64,000 nucleotides of DNA from Rhynchopus sp. YZ270_cl-10 (lineage: Eukaryota): assembly GCA_964035575.1 (NCBI GenBank), contig OZ037843.1, positions 186,001 to 250,000 on the forward strand, read 5' to 3'. A model generated the notes under the pieces. It had not been told where the DNA came from. It saw nothing but the letters and a program-made list of their open reading frames with translations, and searched no databases. Every line of letters starts with the position of its first letter. The first letter of the stretch is position 1. Below are positions 13,501 through 24,300 of this stretch, piece by piece. The position numbers and the translations under genes are program-made.

Positions 13501-16500
13501 GTCCTTCTTGGCACAGGTCGCGCACGTCACAGTGCACTCGTCGATCGCGCACTCCGCAGCGGCGTTGGTGCCCACCTTGGTCTGTGTGGCCGGTGCAATG
13601 CACTCACACTCGAACTGGTTGTCGAGCGGGAGTACCGTGTCCTTGCAGGACTGTCCTGCCGCCTCGCACGTCTTGCCGTTCACCTCGCAGTCACCTGGTG
13701 GGTCTGTGCAGACGGCCACGCCGAGTTTCACGGTGGTACCCATCTGGGGGGCGATGCACTCGCACTGCCACGTGTCAGGCGCGTTCAGGTCGGTGTCGAC
13801 GCACAGCTGTCCCTTCATCTTGCACACCACGTCCTGCTCTGTGCACTCGTTGTGGCTGCAGTCCGCCACCGCCATAGTCGCAGACACAGAGCTGCGGGGA
13901 GCAGGGCACACGCACTCCCAGTTCCCGGTTGTGGAGGTGTCAGGGTCACGGCAGGTCTGCATTGCACCAGTACACGTATCCTTGTTCGGTGGAGTGCCCT
14001 CCTCGCACTCGTCCAGCGCGCACACAGCAACCTGCTGCGGGCCCGTACCCGTCTTCGGTGCCACACACTTGCACACCCAGTCACCGTCGACAGTCTGGTC
14101 AGGGTCCTCGCAGATCTGCTCGGCATCAGTGCAAATGTTGTTCTGGCTGTCGGGGATGCCAGGGATAGTTGCCCTTGGCGGCACACCACCAGTGGCAGGC
14201 ACAGCTCCAGCAGCAAGACAGGTTTCGCGAGATGTGCTGCACCCACGCTGGGTGTTGAAGTCGTTACGTGCCGGGTAGCACCAGTCTCCAGCTGCCTCGG
14301 AGTTCGGGTTGCAGCATCCTCCTGCACACGGGGTGGTGGATCCCGGACCGTCAGGGTACACAATCACCATCCCGTTGAAGTCCTTGAAGGTGGCAATCCA
14401 GTCGCATGCACACTGGCATCCGCTTGCAGTGTAACGAGGCACGTGGTTGCAGGTGACAGCGTCGGAGATCTCCTCACACTCGTTCTTAGTCGGGGGAGGG
14501 GGCACGTCAGTGGCAGGTGCGTCGGTGGGCACGGCTGTTGGTGCTGCTGTGTCAGGTGGGTTTGTGGCAGGTGCGTCGGTGGCAGGTGGGTTTGTCGGTG
14601 CTGCCGTGGGCGGTGCACCGCACACAGCAACCTGCTGCTGTCCGGGGGTTCCGACCTTCGGTGCCACACACTTGCACACCCAGTTGTCATCTGTTGTCAG
14701 GTCAGGGTCCTCGCAGATCTGCTCGGCATCAGTGCAAATGTTGTTCTGGGTGTCGGGGATGCCAGGGATAGTTGCCCTTGGCGGCACACCACCAGTGGCA
14801 GGCACAGCTCCAGCAGCAAGACAGGTTTCGCGAGATGTGCTGCACCCACGCTGCGTGTTGAAGTCGTTTGCTGCCAGGTAGCACCAGTCTCCAGTTGCTT
14901 CGGAGTTCGGGTTGCAGCATCCTCCTGCACACGGGGTGGTGGATCCCGGACCGTCAGGGTACACAATCACCATCCCGTTGCCGTCCTTGAAGGTGGCAAT
15001 CCAATCGCATGCACACTGGCATCCGCTTGCAGTGTAACGAGGCTTGTGGTTGCAGGTGACAGCACTCGAGATCTCCTCACACTCGTTCTTCGTAGCAGGA
15101 GGAGGAACGTTCGTTGCAGGTGCGTCTGTCGGTGCAAGGGTCACGTCCACGCAAGTCGCCAGTGCCTGCTGTCCAGGTGTGCCGGTCTTGGGAGCGACAC
15201 AGGTACACTGCCAGTCATTATCAGTCATGTTGTCAGGGTCAACACAGATCTGTCCTCCGTCAGTGCAAATGTTGTTCTGGCTGTCGGGGATGCCAGGGAC
15301 AGTGGGACGTGGTGTGACACCACCAGTGGCAGGCACAGCTCCGGCAGCAAGACAGGTTTCGCGAGATGTGCTGCACCCACGCTGAGTGTTGAAGTCGTTA
15401 CGTGCCGGGTAGCACCAGTCTCCACCTGCCTCGGAGTTCGGGTTGCAGCATCCTCCTGCACACGGGGTGGTGGATCCCGGACCGTCAGGGAGGACAATCA
15501 CCATCATGGTCTGGGAGTCCTTGAAGGTGGCAATCCAGTCGCATGCACACTGGCATCCGCTTGCAGTGTAACGAGGCTTGTGGTTGCAGGTGACGGCAGC
15601 CGAGATCTCCTCACACTCGTTCTTTCCTGGTGGAGGGGGGGCGTTTGTGGCAGGTGCATCAGTGGCAGGTGCGTCTGTCGGTGCAATGGTTACGTCCACA
15701 CAAGTCGCCAGTGCCTGCTGTCCAGGTGTGCCGGTCTTGGGAGAGACACACTGACACTGCCAGTCATTATCAGTCATGCTGTTAGGGTCAACACAGATCT
15801 GTCCTCCGTCAGTGCAAATGTTGTTCTGGCTGTCGGGGATGCCAGGGATAGTGGGACGTGGTGTGACACCACCAGTGGCAGGCACAGCTCCAGCAGCAAG
15901 ACAGGTTTCACGTGCAGTGCTGCACCCACGCTGAGTGTTGAAGTCGTTTGCTGCCGGGTAGCACCAGTCTCCACCTGCCTCGGAGTTCGGGTTGCAGCAT
16001 CCTCCTGCACACGGGGTGGTGGATCCCGGACCGTCAGGGAGGACAATCACCATCATGGTCTGGGAGTCCTTGAAGGTGGCAATCCAGTCGCATGCACACT
16101 GGCATCCGCTTGCAGTGTAACGAGGCTTGTGGTTGCAGGTGACAGCGGACGAGATCTCCTCACACTCGTTCTTTCCAGTCGGTGGGGGAACGTTCGTTGC
16201 AGGTGCGTCTGTCGGTGCAAGGGTTGTGGCCACGCAAGTCGCCAGTGCCTGCTGTCCAGGTGTGCCGGTCTTGGGAGAGACACACTGACACTGCCAGTCA
16301 TTATCAGTCATGTTGTTAGGGTCAACACAGATCTGTCCTCCGTCAGTGCAAATGTTGTTCTGGCTGTCGGGGATGCCAGGGACAGTGGCACGTGGTGTGA
16401 CACCACCAGTGGCGGGCACAGCTCCGGCAGCAAGACAGGTTTCACGTGCAGTGCTGCACCCACGCTGAGTGTTGAAGTCGTTTGCCGCCGGGTAGCACCA

Positions 16501-17826
16501 GTCTCCACCTGCCTCGGAGTTCGGGTTGCAGCATCCTCCTGCACACGGGGTGGTGGATCCCGGACCGTCAGGGAGGACAATCACCATCATGGTCTGGGAA
16601 TCCTTGAAGGTGGCAATCCAGTCGCATGCACACTGGCATCCGCTTGCAGTGTAACGAGGCTTGTGGTTGCAGGTGACAGCACTCGAGATCTCCTCACACT
16701 CGTTCTTTCCAGTCGGCGGGGGAACGTTCGTTGCAGGTGCGTCTGTCGGTGCAATGGTTGTGGCCACGCAAGTCGCCAGTGCCTGCTGTCCAGGTGTGCC
16801 GGTCTTGGGAGAGACACACTGACACTGCCAGTCATTATCAGTCATGTTGTTAGGGTCAACACAGATCTGTCCTCCGTCAGTGCAAATGTTGTTCTGGCTG
16901 TCGGGGATGCCAGGGATAGTGGCACGTGGTGTGACACCACCAGTGGCGGGCACAGCTCCGGCAGCAAGACAGGTTTCACGTGCAGTGCTGCACCCACGCT
17001 GAGTGTTGAAATCGTTTGCTGCCGGGTAGCACCAGTCTCCACCTGCCTCGGAGTTCGGGTTGCAGCATCCTCCTGCACACGGGGTGGTGGATCCCGGACC
17101 GTCAGGGAGGACAATCACCATCATGGTCTGGGAGTCCTTGAAGGTGGCAATCCAGTCGCATGCACACTGGCATCCGCTTGCAGTGTAACGAGGCTTGTGG
17201 TTGCAGGTGACGGCAGCCGAGATCTCCTCACACTCGTTCTTTCCAGTCGGCGGGGGAACGTTCGTTGCAGGTGCGTCGGTCGGTGCAATGGTTGTGGCCA
17301 CGCAAGTCGCCAGTGCCTGCTGTCCAGGTGTGCCGGTCTTGGGAGAGACACACTGACACTGCCAGTCTTCTGTCGAGACTGTGTTGGGGTCCACGCACAG
17401 CTGCCCTCCGTCAGTGCAGACGTTGTTCTGGTCGCTGGGAACGCCGGGAATAGCAGCACGTGGTGTGACACCACCAGTGGCGGGCACAGCTCCGGCAGCA
17501 AGACAGGTTTCACGTGCAGTGCCACACCCACGCTGAGTGTTGAAGTCGTTTGCTGCCGGGTAGCACCAGTCTCCACCTGCCTCGGAGTTCGGGTTGCAGC
17601 ATCCTGGTTTACACGGGGTGGTGGATCCCGGACCGTCAGGGAGGACAATCACCATCATGGTCTGGGAGTCCTTGAAGGTGGCAATCCAGTCGCATGCACA
17701 CTGGCATCCGCTTGCGGTGTAACGTGGGATGTGGTCACACGTGACGGCACTCGAGATCTCAAGGCACTCATCAATTCCGTTGACAAGCGCACTCCCTAGC
17801 AGAAGCACGGCCGCCCGCAGAATCAT
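1587..17826 (-). CDS. Giant cysteine-rich type-I membrane/surface protein, copy 1; exons complement(3012..17826, 2504..2854, 2239..2456, 1587..2153), 5,316 aa
   Basis: ATG at 17826 starts a signal-peptide-like MILRAAVLLLGSALVNG. Three GT..AG introns join the ORF pieces in frame (15,951 nt = 5,317 codons) and restore the repeat pattern at each junction (AVC-N-PVGEC, ATC-I-VDEC, DAGQQ-CIDS). Repeating DEC-x-C-x3-GQ-x-C-x-DP-x-DW-x-C-x-C EGF-like modules; C-terminal TM WLLPLLLLLCCCCLLLAFLLC followed by KRR and an acidic tail. Confidence 0.9.
2154..2238 (-). other. Spliceosomal intron 3 of giant gene copy 1 (85 nt, phase 0); equivalent intron at 21877..21961
   Basis: GTATTG...aaacccccacAG; joins DAGQQ to CIDSDK and links the ectodomain to the TM-encoding exon. 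Confidence 0.87.
2457..2503 (-). other. Spliceosomal intron 2 of giant gene copy 1 (47 nt, phase 1); equivalent intron at 22180..22226
   Basis: GTATGT...C-rich...cacctacAG; joins ATC to IVDEC. Confidence 0.88.
2855..3011 (-). other. Spliceosomal intron 1 of giant gene copy 1 (157 nt, phase 1); equivalent intron at 22578..22734 in copy 2
   Basis: Minus strand begins GTATGT and ends cacacccacccccacAG; removal restores the Cys-module frame. Confidence 0.88.
14010..17775 (-). repeat. Intragenic array of 7 ~534-nt (~178-aa) units (kringle-like module + EGF-like module + PTDAPAT linker); 5 units in copy 2 (~33733..36427)
   Basis: Repeated NECEEISxAVTCxHxPRYTASGCQCACDW...GCCNPNSEAxGDWCY...; units counted in the translation. 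Confidence 0.9.
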
Positions 17827-17898
17827 CTTAGCGAACCTGTGTCCTGTGTCGCTAATCTTGAAGGCTTTTGAAGCAGCGGTTTGTAGCAAGGAAACGCG

Positions 17899-17995
17899 CT
17901 GTGTCAGAAGGGTGGGTAGTATGTAGTATGTGTGTTGCTGTGGTGTGGTGTGGTCATGCAATGGGGTGGTGGGTGGTGGGTGACGGGTGGTGGGA
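17899..17995 (-). promoter_or_regulatory. Putative trans-splice (or 5'-UTR intron) acceptor with C/A-rich tract; equivalents at 36551 (copy 2), 41216 (ankyrin gene), 45641 (membrane gene A)
   Basis: Minus strand ...ccaccacccaccacccc...acacatactacatactacccacccttctgacacAG, ~72 nt before the ATG; same composition as the intron 3' ends. Confidence 0.5.
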
Positions 17996-19094
17996 AGCAA
18001 TAATAAGAACAAATGAGCAAAGCTACAAGGAAAGAGGAAAGGATACGGAGACATTGGGTATGCCGTGTGGGGTCTGTCAGTACAGGTGCAAACGAACAGG
18101 AGAACGTGTCTCGAGCAGATAATATACTCAGGCGCGCAAAAACGCCTCTCTGCACCAGAGCAAAACCTTGTAAAAGATGCACCTGGTGTCTGTGTCTCTC
18201 TGCCAAAGATGGAGAGACAACCTTTTTTGTAAACAGCGTAACAAAAAAAAATAAAACTGTGGTACTCCTGAAAACCCCATTTTGCGTACTTTTTGCGTTG
18301 TTGCGTACTTGGTATTTTAATTTCTGGAGTACCAAAAACATGTAAGCACATGCCACAAGGCAGAAGTCCACCAGCCATCAAGCACCAGCCATCCTATGCA
18401 CAACACCCTCTAGGCAGCAGCTCAATGCTAACAGCCCTTGACCTGGGTGGCACCGAGCAAAGCTGTCAGCCTTCCGCACACCACTGTCGCCTGCCACCGC
18501 TACAGCCTTGTTGTACTCCCAGTGTGCAGGCGTGGATAGGTGGGGCATATTGTTGCTGTGCGTTTTCTCATCATTCATCTTTCGATTATTTCGTGGGGTG
18601 TGTGCTATTTTGATGCCGGCGTCTGCGGCGTTTGCACTTTTGTTTGTCTTTATTTTGTGTGATGTCGTGCACCGCTTTTCAGGCTGATGAGCACCGAACC
18701 ACTGCACAACAACGATGCAGTCAAACGGCTTCGCGACGTGCGTTGAAACGCCTCGTGGGGTCTACAGTGGGTCACTATTCTTTCCAAAGTTTCCAAGGGA
18801 TCTTTTCCTATATTGCGTTCTTTCACTTAAAAGCTTCACGAAGGCGACAACAAAGCGCCACCCCATTGCTGAAAAAAGAGACACACAGGACTTTGCGTTC
18901 TCTCTCTTTCACGTGCACCATTGTATCCCAGGTGAAACATAGTTTTGTATCACAGGTTGTATCCAAAAAAATGCATTGTGCGGGTATAGTCAAGGTTCTT
19001 TTTCCAGTGTATGGGGGTCAGGGGGCGTTTGCATTTTCAACATTTGTGGCAGTGTGTGTTGCACGCTGTCGATTTATTAGTGACCATGTTTCGA

Positions 19095-19415
19095 TCACCC
19101 CCGCCTTTTTGAGGTGACAGCCGTGAAGCCGCTGCCCTCCACAGCACTGATGTCAGCCCCAGCCGCAAGCAGCGCGCGCACTGTGCGTACGTGGCCGTTC
19201 CACGCAGCCATGTGCAGTGCCGTGCCAGCCTCGTTCTGCCGGTCGATGCCTGCACGGTACGGGTAGTGCGCGTCCCTCTCGTGTGTGCAAAGGAGCGCTA
19301 CCACGTCGTCCACACGGCCAGCCTCGGAAGCATGGATCAAAGCGTTGTCGCTAAGGCTGTTGCGAGAGGAGCAAGAGGAGAAGGAGGAGGTGGTGGTGGG
19401 GGAGGGGTGCAACAT
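19095..19415 (-). pseudogene. 3'-truncated copy (5' fragment) of the ankyrin-repeat gene, 106 codons
   Basis: 19119..~19537 nearly identical to 40908..~41325. Reads MLHPSPTTT...VEGSGFTA, then unrelated VTSKRRG*. Confidence 0.85.
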
Positions 19416-21309
19416 AGTTGCGTTGCCTGTTGCAGTGGTGTGGTGAGGATGTGCGAGGCAGAAGGTGGAGGGGCAGATGGAATTAAAAAAAAGTGCGTTA
19501 TTTGAGCTGGAATCGACAACGTATGTAAGGGGGGGGGGCCAGAACACAAAAATGATGGGACGCTGGACACACACGCGCATGTGGGGACTGAGACACATTC
19601 CCTGACTAACCCACACAGGGAAAGAAAATGAGAAGAAGTGAGCAAAATTTGCAACCTGGCCTTTGTGTACTACCGGGGGTGGGGATTTGTGTCATACAAA
19701 GTTCCCCCACAGACCCAGGACGCTGCCACTCTTGTGTTTTGTACGCAAACCAAGTTTGCGTACAAAAAACAAGAAATTGCTATCGAATAAAAACTGCAGT
19801 TGTTGGTGCAGGCACCTCCGACTGACACCTGTACGTTTTATTTCCCAACCCAACAACAACAATAAAGCGTGAAGACAATAAATAAAATCAAAGCGGAATA
19901 AATTTGAGGTTTTGTGAGGCACTCAACGAGTGTGCCGGCTCTGTGGCGTCACGGAGACACCAACACTCCCCAGTCATTTTTCCTGCGCTTCCAGGAAAAC
20001 TCGCGTTTGCGACCAGGCCGAAACGAAAAAATTTAATTCACAGCAAACAGGTGTGAGGGAGAAGAAAAGAAAGTGAACAAAAACAAAAAAACAATGTTTT
20101 TCTGAAATGTGATGTTGTTGGGGTGGGGAGAATAAAACAGTTCCAAGAAAAGCTCCTGTGTCGGTTATCTTTTGGTTAGAAAAAAAAAAAAAACGGGAGT
20201 ACCGAAAGTACAGAAGCAAAAACAAAGTACAAAAAAAAAGTTTGTAAATTGCGGAAGACGCAAAACAAACTCGCGAACTAAAAAAAGATTCTTTTCTGCG
20301 AAGTGGTGGTAATGGGGAGAATAAAACATTACGAAAAAAACCTCCACTCTCATTTCGCAAGCTTCATTTCCGTTTTGGTTTTCTCCTCACATTTCAAAAA
20401 AATATGCTATCATGGTGCTTTCGGAAGTCGGTCAACGACCTGTCAGCGACGTGTCAATATCAGGGGGGTGTGTATAGAGTCCCTGTGTCAGCGACCTGTC
20501 AATATCGACCCCTCCCGGAGCACCGGATCATTTTTTTTTTTTTCTTCCCCGTTTGGGGGAATGCACTGGACCAGAACAATGGGGGGGGAAGACATAAGAG
20601 GAGTGGCTGCGCGCAAAAAAGAAGAAAAAAAAAAATAAAACAGGGAAGTGGAGAAGTGGATGATTGGGCTAAGGGGGAAGATGTGGGAGAGTAGAGGGGG
20701 AGGGAAACAATCGGAGGAATGGATTCGTTCTCCTTTTGTTTGTGCGTAAAGTGTGCAATAAATATTCTGTGGTGATATTTTATTACTGCAGTACGCTCCC
20801 ACTGACTACCTGGGCAGTGAAGAGGAACCCTCTTTGAGGCCAAAAAAAAATACAACCAAAAGACAAAATAGCTGAAAATAAAAGACCAATAATAGATAAC
20901 TACGAAGCCCTCCTTAGGCATACGTAGAAGGTGAATACATATCCGCCCTATATTCGGATTCGAATATAGGGCGAACACTGTGTTCCGTGTATTCCGTATT
21001 CGGGTGTATTCAGATCAATATTCGCCCTATATTCGGATTCGAAATAAATAGGGCGAATACGAAATTCGCCTTCTAGGCATGCTTAGGGACGAAGACGGGA
21101 CCCGATCTCACACGTTTGAAAAAATCCGAGAAGAAAAAAAAAGAGAGAGAGAGAGAAGAAAGTGAAGTTATTAATGCAGAAGAAAACGTTAGATGAACAG
21201 ACATCTTGCAAAATGCTTATAGAGATTTTTTTTAAATCACCGGTTTGCCTTTTTTTCTTCTCTCTCTCTCTCTCTTATTGTTCTGAAATAACCCCCAAAA
21301 AAAAATGTC

Positions 21310-24300
21310 TTAAATGTCGTCATCTTTTCTGTTGGACATTTCTTCGTCCAACAGAGGCTCGCTCATTTGCTGTTCGGGGCTGTCCTTGACAAGCTCCGCG
21401 TCGTTCGTTTTCGCTTCGAAGTGCTCGTTCCACTTCTCGTCGTCGGCCTCGTTCTGGTTCTGGCGGCGCTTGCAGAGGAGGAAGGCGAGGAGGAGGCAAC
21501 AGCAGCAGAGCAGCAGAAGGAGGGGAAGCAGCCAGCAGAGGATGCAGTCGTCGTCATCATCGCTGTCGCCGTCAATGGAGCCAGCGTTGCGTGTGATGTT
21601 CGTCGCGTTCTCACCCTCGGCGAAGCAAACTGCCGACTGCATTTGTCCGTTCTCACCGTGCATCGGCGCCACACACTGGCACACCCAGTCACCCTCCTTC
21701 GACTGGTCGGGGTCCACACACGTCTGTCCCTCTGCCACGCACACACCAGACACAGCCTCGTCGGCGCACTCTCCAGTGTATGTGCAGGTGCTCTTTGCTC
21801 CAGTCGCCTCACCCACTGCAGGTGGCGGGCAACGGCACACCCAGGTGCCAGTGGCGGTCTTGTCGCTGTCGATGCACTGTGGGGGTTTTGGATGTAGGGG
21901 GGGGAAAAGGTTGGCAGAGGGGCAGGTGGAAGTGAATAGTGGGGTGGGTGAAACACAATACCTGCTGGCCCGCGTCAGTGCAGACAGTGGCCACGAGTGT
22001 GTCAACACATTCATCCAGAAGGCAGGCGGCGGCAGAGGTCTGTGCCTTGCCCTCAGACGGCGCGGCACACACACAGGTCCAGTCGTTCATGCTTGCTTCG
22101 GTCGTGACAGGGTCAACACAGGTCTGACTTGCGCTGGTGCAGACCATCTGGTTGGCAGGCATGGAGCACTCATCGACAACTGTAGGTGGTGAGGTAGGCG
22201 GGAGGGGAGGGAGGGGAGGGACATACTGCATGTGGCACGCGATGCGACAGCCACGTCGCCAGTGGCAGGGGCGATGCACTCGCAACGCCAGTCGCCAGTC
22301 GAGTCCGACGTGGTGACAGGGTCGATGCAGCGCTGTGCACCGTTGCCCTCACAGGCGAATCCATTTCCGTCGCCCTTGTCTGCGCACAGCGGGCACACCA
22401 CGGAGCACTCGTCCAGCACACACACGGCAGGGCCCTGTGCACCCTCAGTCTTCGTCGTCGCGGGCTCAGAGCAGCGGCACTCCCAGTCGTCTGTCGAGCC
22501 TGCCTCTGGGTTCGGGTCGAAGCAGTGCTGTCCCGCAAGACATTTGTCCTTGTGGTCCACACACTCGCCGACAGGGTCTGTGGGGGTGGGTGTGGGTGTG
22601 AAAGTAGCAATATGGTGAAGATGTTTGTTTCTTTAGAAAGGCTGCAAAGGGACAGCAAGAGGACGTAGGTGAACCAGCCATGCCAGCCAAAGGAAGAGGG
22701 AGGGAGGAGGGGAGAGGGAGGAGGGGGAACATACTGCACACGGCAACGGCACCCCTTGCGGTCTCGTTGGTTCCCGGGCACACACACTCCCAGTCGTTGA
22801 GGCTGTCCGGTGCGGTGTTAGTGTCTCTGCATGTCTGCCCTGCGTCCATGCACGTTGTGACGTTGACGCACTCGTTGTGCTCGCACAGCGGCACCGGTGC
22901 AAGGGCCTGCTTGCCCTCGGAGGAGGGGCAGCGGCATTCCCAGTTGCCGAGGAGGCTGGGTGTGGTGTCGAGGTCGACGCAGATCTGGTTCTTCTCAGCA
23001 CAGACGTTGTTGTACGCGACGGCAGGCGCGCCGACAGGGGCAGGGGTCAGGACAGAGGTGCACGTCTGACGCTCACGGATCTGTGCGCGGCATGTGTCGA
23101 TACCCTTGTTCCAGTCACTGTCAGCAACGAAGCACCAGTCGCCAGTCACAGCACGCTCAGGGTTGCAGCAAGCAGTGTTGCAAGGCTCAGAGAAGCCAGG
23201 GCCCGTGCCCAGAAGGCCTCCACCGACAAGGCTCGCCTGCCAGCCGCAGGCACACTCGCAGCCCTCAGTGGTGTAGCGGCGGAAGTGGCCGCACTGGCGT
23301 GCACCGGTGTTGGTCACAGCCTCGCACTCATCGATAGTGCAGGATGCAACCGGCATCGCCACGGCAGTGGCAGTGGCAGGTGCCTGGCAGACGCACATCC
23401 AGTCAGAGAGGCTTGAGGCAGAGAAGTTGGGGTCAACGCAGTCCTGGCCTTCTCCTGCACAGACGTTGACGGACTCCTGGCTCGTACGTGCGCAGGTTGG
23501 GCAGATGTCGGTGCACTCGTTGACAGTGCAGACTGTAGCGGCCTTGCTCCCGGTCTCTCCGTGGAAGGGTGCAATGCATGCACAGCGCCAGTCAGAGGAC
23601 TCGCCGGTCTCACCAGGGACACACTTCTGACCAGCGGAGGCACAGACCTGCTGGTTCGCGCTGTCGGCGCACCCGCCTGTGTATGTGCACGTCGCAACAC
23701 CGCCAATCATGCTGCCCACAGCGCCCTCGGGGCAGAGGCACGACCAGTCGCCGAGGCTCGTGGGGGACGTGCTCTGGTCAATGCAGATCTGGCCGACAGC
23801 TGCGCAGACAGTCGACTTCGTGTCGCACTCATCCAGCAGGCAGGACGCAGTTCCTCCCGTGGACGCACCAGAGGCAGGCGCAAGGCAGACACACATCCAG
23901 TCCCCCATGGACGACGAGTCCTGGTTCGGGTCCTCGCACATCTGTCCCACAGCCTCGCACGCCACAGCGTGCACAACACACTCGTCCACGTCGCACACAG
24001 CGGCAGCGCCCACAGCAGATCCCGTACCCTGCTGGCAGACGCACGACCAGTCACCCACGCTCTCGGGGCTGGTGTCCTTGTCCACGCAGCTTTGGTCTCC
24101 ACAGGTGTGGGTCATGCCCTGCTGCGCGCAGGTGTCGCAGCGTGCCACACACTCGTCAAGCACGCACACGGCAGGCCCGTTCAGTGCCTCACCCACAAGC
24201 GGCGTGTTGCACTCGCAGTACCAAGCATTGTCCTTCTCCTTGCACAGCTGCTGCGGTCCGCATGCGGCACCGTTGGTCACACACAGCGTCGAGACAGTGC

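Noticed and set aside
13852..17799. 1,315-aa plus-strand ORF (and 33575..36523 plus many 300-600-aa antisense or off-frame ORFs over the giant genes)
   Set aside because: Shadow ORFs of a GC-rich, repetitive CDS that rarely uses codons whose reverse complement is a stop; the translations have no domain-like pattern.
17827..18381. 185-aa N-terminal extension of the 5,212-aa ORF
   Set aside because: Not conserved in frame in copy 2 (indels), runs through the CA-rich acceptor tract, and would bury the signal peptide.
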